A stretch of DNA of 32,000 bases from Candidatus Arthromitus sp. SFB-rat-Yit (GTDB lineage Bacteria > Bacillota > Clostridia > Clostridiales > Clostridiaceae), in NCBI RefSeq assembly GCF_000283555.1, contig NC_016012.1, forward strand, positions 750,001 to 782,000, in the 5' to 3' direction. Numbering within the stretch: position 1 is the stretch's first letter; each line of letters starts with the position of its first letter. The notes under the pieces are model-generated. The model did not search any database. It saw nothing but the letters and a program-made list of their open reading frames with translations, and had not been told where the DNA came from. A program made the translations under genes and the position numbers. Shown here in pieces: positions 1 through 8,005 of the stretch.

Positions 1-192
1 TTATTTCTAGACAGTCACCCCCCCCCCCCGCCAAAACTTGCAATTTGTGTTTATCACGGGTATGATGACCTCTGGCGTATTCCATCATTGATCGATAACA
101 TGAATCCGAACTATGAAATGTATTTGAGACACTACGGTGGTAATTTGATTCCAACAGAATTTGTGTTACTTTGTCGTCCACGAAAAAACTGA
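1..192 (+). CDS. 3' end of an unidentified protein-coding gene (partial, continues off the left edge)
   Basis: Frame 1 is open from nt 1 to TGA at 190-192 (...LDSHPPPPPKLAICVYHGYDDLWRIPSLIDNMNPNYEMYLRHYGGNLIPTEFVLLCRPRKN*). It is missing from the ORF track only because no start codon lies in the window. By my count 75 of the first 180 nt are G/C (~42%), clearly above the rest of the window. A hairpin follows at 234-275. No family recognised. Confidence 0.5.
   Translation, partial: LFLDSHPPPPPKLAICVYHGYDDLWRIPSLIDNMNPNYEMYLRHYGGNLIPTEFVLLCRPRKN
18..29 (+). repeat. C12 homopolymer tract inside the partial ORF (read as Pro codons)
   Basis: Direct count: c18-c29 are 12 consecutive C, followed by GCC. 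This is the only long G/C homopolymer in the window. Confidence 0.95.
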
Positions 193-233
193 TTCCTAAA
201 AATATCTAAAACTTTTAATATTTTTATAATTTT

Positions 234-275
234 ATCGATCTGCAATACTAATATTATTAAACCTTGCAGATCGAT
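234..275. terminator. Hairpin between convergent ORFs (likely terminator of the + strand partial gene)
   Basis: Perfect 12-bp inverted repeat ATCGATCTGCAA (234-245) / TTGCAGATCGAT (264-275) with an 18-nt loop. A T-rich tail (TATTTGTTGTATTAT) follows on the + strand; there is no U-tract on the minus side. Confidence 0.6.
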
Positions 276-286
276 TATTTGTTGTA

Positions 287-649
287 TTATAAATTAATGT
301 TTAAATGATTAAGTCCCACGATTATATCGGATATTTTCATATATTTAAAATTAAAATTTTCGTCTACTTTTTTAAATTGATCTATTTCGTAGAAATAATT
401 TTTAAATTCATTTTTGCCAAAAATATATCGACACCTACTGAAATCATACGAAATTTCATTTATGTAATTATCCAAAATATTTTTCTTTAGTTGATCCTGT
501 GAAAATTTTATATATGTAAGATTATCATGATTCATATCTATATCAAAAGATTTATTGATTTTTATTTCTTCCAAGTCATTAATAATACTATAATTAAATT
601 TCATACTACCATTATTTAAATAACTATCATTTATTAAACAATAAAACAT
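287..649 (-). CDS. Hypothetical protein, 120 aa, no recognisable family
   Basis: Longest ORF in this gap. N/K/I/D/F-rich composition typical of the host. Only a weak SD (AGGT, 8 nt upstream). No signal peptide, TM segment or motif seen. Could be spurious. Confidence 0.4.
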   Translation of the reverse strand: MFYCLINDSYLNNGSMKFNYSIINDLEEIKINKSFDIDMNHDNLTYIKFSQDQLKKNILDNYINEISYDFSRCRYIFGKNEFKNYFYEIDQFKKVDENFNFKYMKISDIIVGLNHLNINL

Positions 650-805
650 AAAACTGTACCTGACTTTCTAAAAATAAATAATGCTAATATTATATTCATA
701 TTTTTTTTATTTATTATTGTAAATTTTAACACGCTTGTTATTTAATTTAAGAAAAATTTATGGGGAAGATAGTAAATAAAAGAAACTAATCCATCTATCT
801 TATAT

Positions 806-836
806 AAAAAGGCATAGTCGTAATAACGACTATGCC
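806..836 (-). terminator. Rho-independent terminator closing the glycan operon (after the GH85 gene)
   Basis: 10-bp stem GGCATAGTCG (811-820) / CGACTATGCC (827-836) with a 6-nt loop. The A5 run at 806-810 gives a U-tract on the minus strand. Lies 14 nt after the stop at 851. Confidence 0.85.
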
Positions 837-850
837 GATATTTTATAAAT

Positions 851-3679
851 TTATTTTTCAATTCCACCTACTTCGATTTCATAAATTCTAACAGCAGAGT
901 CTGAACCTTGCGTTGGTTTTGTAGCTGTTACTCTTACATATCTTGCAAAAATTGCTTTAAATGTATCTACTGTATTAGAATTAGAATTTTTCTTAACATT
1001 AACAACTTCAGTAAAATTAGTTCCATCTTCACTAACTTCTATAGTGTAATCTGATGTATTCATGGAATCACTTTCTCCACCAGCCTCAGCATGAGCCATT
1101 TTAACTTCACTAACAAGAGCTACATTGCCAAGATCAACTGTTATACTGTGAGGAGGTGTTCCAGTAGCACACCATTTTGTATCTAGCTTTCCATCAAAAG
1201 CAAAGTTTGGAGCTTCATTTGCATTAACAAAGCTTGATGCTTCTGCATTCTTTGAATTAGATAAATTTTTGAAGTTATCTGCATCTTTTGTTACAGTTAT
1301 ATACTCTTCTAGTACTTTTACATTTTCTCCAGAAGAATTTTTAGCTTTTAATGAAACTTTGTACGTTCCCTCATTTTCATATTTTACTTTTGGTGAAAGA
1401 TCAGTGCTAGTTTGGATATTTGCTCCTTCAAATATCCATTCTAAATTTTCAGTAACTTTTGAACTTAAACTTGTAAATGTTATTTCTTCACCTGGTGAAA
1501 CGAGTGTTTTTGAAGCTGTAAAATCTGCCTTAGGTATACTATTATTTGGCCACTCTATTTTAGTTCTAATACCTTTTCCTCTAGACAAATCATTGTTTAC
1601 AGCTACAACTTCTAAAGTTGTGGTGTTTGAATTATTATCTCTTGGTAATGCATTTATAAAGTAATTTTCATTAATTGAGGCACCTAAAAATGTTAAAGAC
1701 TCATCCTCATTTACTTTATAAATTTCATACTGCTTAACATCTTTTTTATTTGATGCATTAAATGAAAGTCTAACTCCTGCATATAGATCTTCTTCTTCAA
1801 ATACAACATCATCAACATTTACTGATGTAATATCTAAAACGTTTACTTTTTTAGAATCTGTTATGCTTATATTTCCAAAATTAATGTTTATATTATTACT
1901 ATCTTTATCGCTTAAAATTTTATAAGATATCGAACGTATAGTTTTTCCAGAAAATTTTGATACATCGAAACCAACTTTTACCCACTCACTGGAAACATTT
2001 TTATTTCCTTTAATTTCTTCAGAACTTCCATCATCAAAATCAAGAACTAAACTTACTGAAACATCAGAAGTAGAAGAAAGAGTAGTTGTAAATTGAGTAT
2101 CATTTTCTATCTTTAAATCTGAGCTAAATAATTTTATTTCAGTAGGAGTATTTGCTTTTATATTACCTGATAATTTTATTGAATTTCCTCCATAATAGGC
2201 TTTAGAATAATCTATTGAAGCTTTAAAAGTATTTCCTTCTCCATTATTTATAATCCATCTATAAGTTGGCATAATATCAGCAAGACTTCGATTGTTCCAA
2301 TCCATTGATGAAACTTTTTCACCATTTATAAAATAGTTATATCCATTACCTATATTAAAGTTTGTTGTGAATGGTAATGAATTAACTACTGTTTTTTCAA
2401 CAGCATAATTAGACATTCCTACAAATCCAGTATTTTCGGTAGTTGTTCTTGGATCTCCGACATCATTAACCCATAAACGATTTTCTTTAACCATAAATTC
2501 ATCTAAGTTATTAGAAGAAAAGAAGGTCCAGCTTGGACAATATATACCTAATGAAGTATAAGGTGAATTTTTATCATCAGTTAAAAGATCCCAGCGTATT
2601 TGAGTGTTTGTACCATTTGCTTGTATGTCTATACCAGCGTATAAATCGTATGGATTAAGTCCAAGAGAGGTTGCTCTTAGATTAGATGCTTTTAAAAGTT
2701 CTTGTTCAGCCAAACGATTTGTTGTCCACCAAAAGTTTAAAAACATACTATCAGCAACTTTTTCCTTGTTTGAATCGATAAGGAAATAATCATTTTTCTC
2801 AGTTAATGCGTTTTGCCAGTCCATCTCTCCATCTTTTGTTAGAGAATCATACCACATAATTTCATAGTCAGATTTTTTATTAAACTCTCGTATAAATTCC
2901 TGCATAAGTTCAGCGTGAGCTTTTGTGATTTTTGCACCTTCTTTTGCTGTTTCAGTTTGATCTATGAAATCATTTTGTTTAATAGTAAGACCTGTTTCTT
3001 GATTTATAAACCATCCATCAAATCCTAAAACTTCGCAAACTTCAATTAGTTTATCAATCATTGGGAAATTTCCATTTTCGTCCTTTGTCAAAAATTGATC
3101 AACCCACTCAGCTTTTCCACCATGTTCTGTTGTTGGAAAGAATACAGTTCCTAAAACAGGAACTCCATTTTTATGAGCTGAGTTAATAACGTCTGCACTT
3201 GGGGGAACTATTATTCCTTCACCTGAAGATCCCCCCCAATAAACTAACTTATCTATATATTGCCAATAAGAAAACGTATTGGAGGCAAATTTGTTTAATC
3301 CTTGTGGGGAATTTCCACTTGTGCTTTCATTCATTATAGATAAGGCAACAATTTTAAAATCTTTATTTTGATTATTGTTTACTGTCTGAAGATTTTCTTT
3401 AGCAACTCGTGTAGCTAAAGGGATAGTAGATTTATTAAAATTAATATTTTTATCTGTTGTTGAATCCCAATTTAGTAGTTCTTCAGGAAACCAAAAAGGA
3501 GCTATTGGCATATTAGACATTTTTAATTTTTCTGCTTCTTCCGCCTCTCCAGTTACTCTATAATTTGCCTTTGAAATATTATTTGTACTTATGTTTGCAT
3601 TTTTATTACTGCAAGCTATAAAAGCAATAGCCAAAAACATTGATATAGCAATAATCTTTTTTAATTTTCCTCTAATCAT
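851..3679 (-). CDS. Surface lipoprotein endo-beta-N-acetylglucosaminidase (GH85) with PKD-like and F5/8 type C (CBM32-like) C-terminal modules
   Basis: GH85 catalytic segment GFDGWFINQETG (N-x-E). Lipoprotein signal MIRGKLKKIIAISMFLAIAFIAC. PKD-like stretch PKADFTASKTLVSPGEEITFTS...GTYKVSLKAKN. Discoidin-like end FDGKLDTKWC...ARYVRVTATKP...RIYEIEVGG. Start moved from ORF-track 3697 (TTG inside the GGAGG) to ATG 3679, 11 nt after GGAGG. Confidence 0.9.
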   Translation of the reverse strand: MIRGKLKKIIAISMFLAIAFIACSNKNANISTNNISKANYRVTGEAEEAEKLKMSNMPIAPFWFPEELLNWDSTTDKNINFNKSTIPLATRVAKENLQTVNNNQNKDFKIVALSIMNESTSGNSPQGLNKFASNTFSYWQYIDKLVYWGGSSGEGIIVPPSADVINSAHKNGVPVLGTVFFPTTEHGGKAEWVDQFLTKDENGNFPMIDKLIEVCEVLGFDGWFINQETGLTIKQNDFIDQTETAKEGAKITKAHAELMQEFIREFNKKSDYEIMWYDSLTKDGEMDWQNALTEKNDYFLIDSNKEKVADSMFLNFWWTTNRLAEQELLKASNLRATSLGLNPYDLYAGIDIQANGTNTQIRWDLLTDDKNSPYTSLGIYCPSWTFFSSNNLDEFMVKENRLWVNDVGDPRTTTENTGFVGMSNYAVEKTVVNSLPFTTNFNIGNGYNYFINGEKVSSMDWNNRSLADIMPTYRWIINNGEGNTFKASIDYSKAYYGGNSIKLSGNIKANTPTEIKLFSSDLKIENDTQFTTTLSSTSDVSVSLVLDFDDGSSEEIKGNKNVSSEWVKVGFDVSKFSGKTIRSISYKILSDKDSNNININFGNISITDSKKVNVLDITSVNVDDVVFEEEDLYAGVRLSFNASNKKDVKQYEIYKVNEDESLTFLGASINENYFINALPRDNNSNTTTLEVVAVNNDLSRGKGIRTKIEWPNNSIPKADFTASKTLVSPGEEITFTSLSSKVTENLEWIFEGANIQTSTDLSPKVKYENEGTYKVSLKAKNSSGENVKVLEEYITVTKDADNFKNLSNSKNAEASSFVNANEAPNFAFDGKLDTKWCATGTPPHSITVDLGNVALVSEVKMAHAEAGGESDSMNTSDYTIEVSEDGTNFTEVVNVKKNSNSNTVDTFKAIFARYVRVTATKPTQGSDSAVRIYEIEVGGIEK

Positions 3680-3717
3680 TGTTACCATTACCTCCAAAAA
3701 TTTTAATAATTAAATAT

Positions 3718-4659
3718 TTATTTAGATTCTGTTATGGCAAGTGCAATAGCACCTAAAACCCCAATCTTTGATCCTAAATTAGATTTCATTATCTTGCAAT
3801 TTCTAAATATTGGCCCCAAGCATCTTTTTTCCATTTCGTTTCTGATGATATTAAACATCAAATCACCACTTTCACTAATTCCACCACCTATTATTATTAA
3901 ATCTGGATCTAGTATATTGGTATAATTTGACACTGCTACACCTAAATAACTCATAGCTGTTTCAATTATTTCTAAAGAAACTTTATCACCTTTATTTGCT
4001 TCAATAAATAATTCTTTTGATGTTACATTTTCATAATTTTTTAATGAAGTTTCAACTCTACTTGATACGGCATCTCTTGCTATTTTCATCATAGCAGTAC
4101 CAGATGACATAGCTTCAACACAGCCAATGTTACCACAACCACATCTTCTACCATGAATAGCTACTGTTGTATGTCCGATTTCTAGTGCGTTTGAAGTGCT
4201 TCCTCGATATATTTTTCCATCTAAAATAGCACCTCCTCCTATTCCTGTGCTAACTGTAATATAAAGCATATTATTTGTTCCTTTTCCAGAACCAAATGTG
4301 TATTCAGCTAAAGTAGCAACATTTGCATCATTATCTAAATAAACATCTATATTGAATTCATTAAATAATGTACTAACTATAGGGAAATTAAGAAATGGCA
4401 AATTAGCAGGTTCAGCAATTAATCCATTTTTAATATCTAATGGACCTGGAGAGCCTATACCTATTGCTTTTATTTTAGATTTATCTACATCTTTCATAAC
4501 GTAGTTAATACTATCTTTTATTTTTTGTACTATTTGTTCTTCTCCCTTTTCTGCTTCTGTCTTTAATATTATTTCATTAATAAATTTTCCATTTTTATCG
4601 CATAAAGCAGTGTAAATTTTTGTTCCTCCCAAATCAACGCCAATATACAAATTACTCAT
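3718..4659 (-). CDS. ROK-family sugar kinase (substrate unassigned: hexose or N-acetylhexosamine)
   Basis: N-terminal YIGVDLGGTK ATP motif. ROK zinc motif GHTTVAIHGRRCGCGNIGCVE. Start moved to ATG 4659 (MSNLYIGV...), 5 nt after AGGAGG; the ORF-track start 4701 would overlap the upstream gene. Confidence 0.9.
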   Translation of the reverse strand: MSNLYIGVDLGGTKIYTALCDKNGKFINEIILKTEAEKGEEQIVQKIKDSINYVMKDVDKSKIKAIGIGSPGPLDIKNGLIAEPANLPFLNFPIVSTLFNEFNIDVYLDNDANVATLAEYTFGSGKGTNNMLYITVSTGIGGGAILDGKIYRGSTSNALEIGHTTVAIHGRRCGCGNIGCVEAMSSGTAMMKIARDAVSSRVETSLKNYENVTSKELFIEANKGDKVSLEIIETAMSYLGVAVSNYTNILDPDLIIIGGGISESGDLMFNIIRNEMEKRCLGPIFRNCKIMKSNLGSKIGVLGAIALAITESK

Positions 4660-4669
4660 TTTGACCTCC

Positions 4670-5782
4670 TTAAAAAATTGTATTTTGTTCAACTTCATCA
4701 AACAAATGAATTTTACTAATATCCATTACAAATTTGATTTTGTCATTAGAAATATTTATATTGTCAGATGTATTTGTTCGAATAACCATATTTCTACTTC
4801 CAGCTTTTGCATAAATATAAGTTTCAGCTCCAAGATTTTCCGTAATATCTATATCAAGCTCAAAAATTGTATTAGAATTTTTTTGAATATTTTCTTCTTT
4901 ACAACTAATATTTTCAGGTCTAATTCCAACTATAACTTTAGTGTTAGATTTATTTGTATTTTTTAAAATATTTGATTTATCCTGTGGCAATAGGATTTCT
5001 TTATCTAAAACTTTAAGTATAACATCATTACCTTTTTCATAAGTTTCACCATATAAAATGTTCATTTGAGGGCTTCCAATGAAACTAGCAACAAATAAAT
5101 TTGCAGGATGATCATATATACGTTTTGGTGTATCAACCTGTTGTATAATCCCATTATTCATTACAACTATTCTAGTACCAAGTGTCATAGCTTCTGTTTG
5201 ATCATGAGTAACATAAATAAAAGTTGTTTTTAATTGATTATATAATTTTGCAATTTCTGTTCTCATTTGAACTCTTAATTTTGCATCTAGATTAGATAGA
5301 GGTTCATCCATTAAAAAAACTTTAGGGTGTCTAACTATGGCACGACCCATAGCAACTCTTTGTCTTTGACCTCCTGATAAAGCTTTTGGCTTTCTATCTA
5401 GTAGGTGTTCTATATCTAAAATTTTAGCAGCTTCACGAACTTTTTTATCGATTTCATTCTTTGGAATTTTTCTGAGTTTAAGTGCAAAAGCCATATTTCC
5501 GTAAACTGTCATATGAGGATATAAAGCATAATTTTGGAATACCATTGCAATATCTCTATCTTTAGGAGCTATATCATTTACTAAAACATTGTCTATGTAT
5601 AACTCACCTCCAGAAATTTCTTCAAGGCCAGCAATCATTCTTAAAGTAGTTGATTTACCACATCCTGAAGGGCCTACAAATACTATAAATTCTCTATCTT
5701 CTATTTCTAAATTAAAATTATTTACAGCTTTATATCCATTTTCATAAATTTTATCTATATTTTTCAACAATAATCCTGCCAT
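4670..5782 (-). CDS. ABC transporter ATP-binding protein, MalK/MsmX/UgpC type (energises the CUT1 importer)
   Basis: Walker [10 protein letters not shown], signature LSGGQRQR, Walker [14 protein letters not shown]-loop YVTHDQ, and a long C-terminal regulatory-type extension. Start at ATG 5782 (MAGLLLKNI), 9 nt after GGGAGA; ATG 5791 abuts the SD. Confidence 0.92.
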   Translation of the reverse strand: MAGLLLKNIDKIYENGYKAVNNFNLEIEDREFIVFVGPSGCGKSTTLRMIAGLEEISGGELYIDNVLVNDIAPKDRDIAMVFQNYALYPHMTVYGNMAFALKLRKIPKNEIDKKVREAAKILDIEHLLDRKPKALSGGQRQRVAMGRAIVRHPKVFLMDEPLSNLDAKLRVQMRTEIAKLYNQLKTTFIYVTHDQTEAMTLGTRIVVMNNGIIQQVDTPKRIYDHPANLFVASFIGSPQMNILYGETYEKGNDVILKVLDKEILLPQDKSNILKNTNKSNTKVIVGIRPENISCKEENIQKNSNTIFELDIDITENLGAETYIYAKAGSRNMVIRTNTSDNINISNDKIKFVMDISKIHLFDEVEQNTIF

Positions 5783-5810
5783 AATAATCATCTCCCTAAA
5801 ATTTAAATAT

Positions 5811-6320
5811 TTATTTTAAAAAATCCAGATTTTGTTTGAAAATCGTAGGATTAATTTTCTCACACATTTTCTGAAGATTTTTATCCATTGCAAGTTTATA
5901 ACCAATTAAATCAGAGTTATATTTTCTTACAATTAAAATTTTTTCTGTTAATTTTTGTGTTGTAGTTCCACTTAATGTTAAATTAATAATTTTCACTTTT
6001 TTATTTGTATGTAGGTCTGAAGTTTTAACTTCAATTACTTCCTTAATATTTATATTAGCTACTATTTTTCTACGTTTTTTATTAAATATCTTTGATACAA
6101 CTAATTCGTTTTCAGTCAACTCGTACTCAAATTCTATAAATTTGTTACGTGCAACTATTGAAACTATAACGTAAACAAAAAAAGTTAACATTGCTATAAT
6201 TTTTCCAAGAAAAATCAAATTAAGTAATGTGAGAACTAATAGTGCTTGTTTTGCTGATTCGACTTTCTTTCTCTTAAAATCATAATCTTTGGTTAGAAAC
6301 TGTTCGTAGAAAATATCCAC
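5811..6320 (-). CDS. Uncharacterised membrane protein (hydrophobic hairpin plus soluble C-terminal domain)
   Basis: 169 aa with a GTG start. A ~32-residue hydrophobic stretch [32 protein letters not shown] is followed by [37 protein letters not shown]. This pattern resembles bacterial PH-like (YdbS/T-type) domains; that is my impression only. Confidence 0.6.
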   Translation of the reverse strand: MDIFYEQFLTKDYDFKRKKVESAKQALLVLTLLNLIFLGKIIAMLTFFVYVIVSIVARNKFIEFEYELTENELVVSKIFNKKRRKIVANINIKEVIEVKTSDLHTNKKVKIINLTLSGTTTQKLTEKILIVRKYNSDLIGYKLAMDKNLQKMCEKINPTIFKQNLDFLK

Positions 6321-6341
6321 ATTCTCACTTCTTTCATTTAA

Positions 6342-6369
6342 AGTATAATAAAAGGAGATATAAATTCAA
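6342..6369 (-). promoter_or_regulatory. Candidate sigmaA promoter for the membrane protein-ATPase-ROK-GH85 unit, embedded in the preceding hairpin
   Basis: On the minus strand: TTGAAT (6369-6364), 16-nt spacer, TATACT (6347-6342). Lies about 20 nt upstream of the GTG at 6320. Confidence 0.4.
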
Positions 6370-6391
6370 TAAAATGAATAAATATCTCCCC
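6348..6391 (-). terminator. Intra-locus hairpin after the binding-protein gene (terminator or mRNA stabiliser)
   Basis: Minus-strand RNA: GGAGAUAU-UU-AUUCA-loop-UGAAU-UU-AUAUCUCC followed by UUUUAU. Outer arms are at 6354-6361 and 6382-6389. Lies 18 nt after the stop at 6409. Confidence 0.6.
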
Positions 6392-6408
6392 TTTCAAAAT
6401 ATTAATCT

Positions 6409-7884
6409 TTAATTTTTATTAGCTTTCCACTGATTAATTTGTGATTGCATCTCATTAATTACTTTATCAATTCCTTGTTCTTTTAGTTTAGTATTCAACT
6501 TAGTTAAATACTCATCAACATCAACAGAACCACTATATAAAGTTGATTTAAATTCTTCAAGTACATTGTTAATAGCTGCAAGTTCACTAGATACTTTAGA
6601 AGCATCAAACTTGAATCCTAATGCTGGAGATACGTTAGCATTATCGTTAAACTCTTTAAATTCTTGCCATTTTGTATCAGGCTCGCTATCCAACGTATAA
6701 GTTATAAACATATTTCCTAATCCAAAATAAGGAATTTCATATCTACGTTGATCTTGATTAAGAAGTTTAATGCTATTTTCAGATACCTTTTCATAATGAA
6801 CACCATCTATACCATAGTTAAGAAGATTTCTTAAAGTTTTATCTGTATTCAATAATGTTAAAAATTCAAATGCCTTTTCTTTATTCTTAGAATTTTGAGA
6901 TATTGCTATTAATGCTCCAGTTGATGATGCATTTGTAATTAATGTATTTACTATTGGAGATGCTACAACATCATATTTTAAATCTTTTGACCATATTTGT
7001 TCGGCATAAGGCTGACCATCACCTTTAGTTACAAGTCTTTTAACTGATTTATCATCTTGAGCTGTTGCTGAATCAGCATTTATATATCCAAGTTGATAAT
7101 ATCTTCTTAGAGTTTCTAAAGATTTTTTCATTTCAGCTGTTTCAAACATGTTCCTGATTGTAAGGGTTTGATCATCTGATAAAATACCAACTGGATCTAC
7201 CAATTGATCAAAAAATACAGTATAGGAGAATCCTTTAGTTATATATAATGGAACAACTCCAGGTTCATTTTCTTTAATAACTTTTAACCATGGCTCCAAA
7301 TCTTCTAAAGAATGGAGAGTTTGATAAGGTATATTATATTTATCTACATATTCTTTTGTAAACACCCACATAGGTGCTACTCCTAATTCTTTTTGATTAG
7401 GAACTCCATATATCTTACCATCTATAGATGCCCCATCCCAAAATCTTTGATCAATTGTTTTATATAATAGACTTCCAGACTCAGTGTTTAGCATGTTATC
7501 TAATTCCAAAAATGCACCTTTTCGAGAATTACCTAAATAATCACCTGCCCATGAACAAGTAAATGCTAAATCATAATTTTCACCAGAGTTTATAATAACA
7601 GACATTTTTTGAGTATAATCACCAAAATCTATAAACTTCATGTTTAAATTTACATTTATTTTTTCTTCTAAGTATTTATTAACTTCTGTGATAACTTGCT
7701 TATAGTCTTTAGGTTCAATACCTATCGTATACCAAGTTAATTCAGTAATTTTTTGACCATTCGATCCAACTTTATTCGAATTGTTTCCGCAACTTGTGAA
7801 GAAAGTTAATGTCATTATAAAGAATAATGCTACTGATATTGAAGTTATAAATTTCTTGGTTTTAATACCTCTTATTAATTTCAT
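6409..7884 (-). CDS. Extracellular solute-binding lipoprotein, large family-1 (LplA-like) sugar/oligosaccharide binder
   Basis: Lipoprotein signal ...ALFFIMTLTFFTSCGNN. 491 aa, the size and architecture of the binding proteins that pair with LplB/LplC-type permeases. SD GAAAGGAG upstream of the ATG. Confidence 0.88.
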   Translation of the reverse strand: MKLIRGIKTKKFITSISVALFFIMTLTFFTSCGNNSNKVGSNGQKITELTWYTIGIEPKDYKQVITEVNKYLEEKINVNLNMKFIDFGDYTQKMSVIINSGENYDLAFTCSWAGDYLGNSRKGAFLELDNMLNTESGSLLYKTIDQRFWDGASIDGKIYGVPNQKELGVAPMWVFTKEYVDKYNIPYQTLHSLEDLEPWLKVIKENEPGVVPLYITKGFSYTVFFDQLVDPVGILSDDQTLTIRNMFETAEMKKSLETLRRYYQLGYINADSATAQDDKSVKRLVTKGDGQPYAEQIWSKDLKYDVVASPIVNTLITNASSTGALIAISQNSKNKEKAFEFLTLLNTDKTLRNLLNYGIDGVHYEKVSENSIKLLNQDQRRYEIPYFGLGNMFITYTLDSEPDTKWQEFKEFNDNANVSPALGFKFDASKVSSELAAINNVLEEFKSTLYSGSVDVDEYLTKLNTKLKEQGIDKVINEMQSQINQWKANKN

Positions 7885-7921
7885 TTATATTTACTCCTTT
7901 CAGTAAGATTAGAAAGAGTTT

Positions 7922-7935
7922 AAATAACGTTTACA
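7922..7935 (-). promoter_or_regulatory. cre-like CcpA operator candidate over the transcription start of the binding-protein gene
   Basis: The minus strand reads TGTAAACGTTATTT. It matches TGWAANCGNTNWCA except at the last two positions and starts 5 nt downstream of the -10 element. Confidence 0.35.
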
Positions 7936-7940
7936 CACAA

Positions 7941-7949
7941 ATTATATCA
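7941..7949 (-). promoter_or_regulatory. Extended -10 promoter (TGaTATAAT) for the binding-protein gene
   Basis: The minus strand reads cgTGATATAATt. The -35 region is poor (ATAAGG), which is compatible with an extended -10 or activator dependence. Confidence 0.5.
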
Positions 7950-8005
7950 CGAAAATTAATTATCCTTATAGTGTACTTTTTATATATTTAGTTAAAAAAA
8001 TTCTA

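Noticed and set aside
1269-1664. 131-aa + strand ORF, and similar track ORFs at 305-490, 2604-2789, 3734-3925, 4661-4966, 8091-8291, 8391-8630, 10895-11125, 11409-11741, 11976-12161, 14537-14761, 16546-16734, 18419-18616, 20477-20671, 23519-23725, 24340-24570, 24925-25209, 25454-25693 and 29831-30016
   Set aside because: All lie antisense within long genes that carry clear family motifs. Their compositions (F/I/L/S/K-rich, low complexity) are what mirror frames of AT-rich coding DNA produce, and none has a convincing SD.
3231-3237. C7 (G7 on the coding strand) run inside the GH85 gene as a phase-variation tract
   Set aside because: The run is only 7 nt and encodes the WGGSSGEG stretch. It is too short to be a reliable slippage switch, and the frame is intact.
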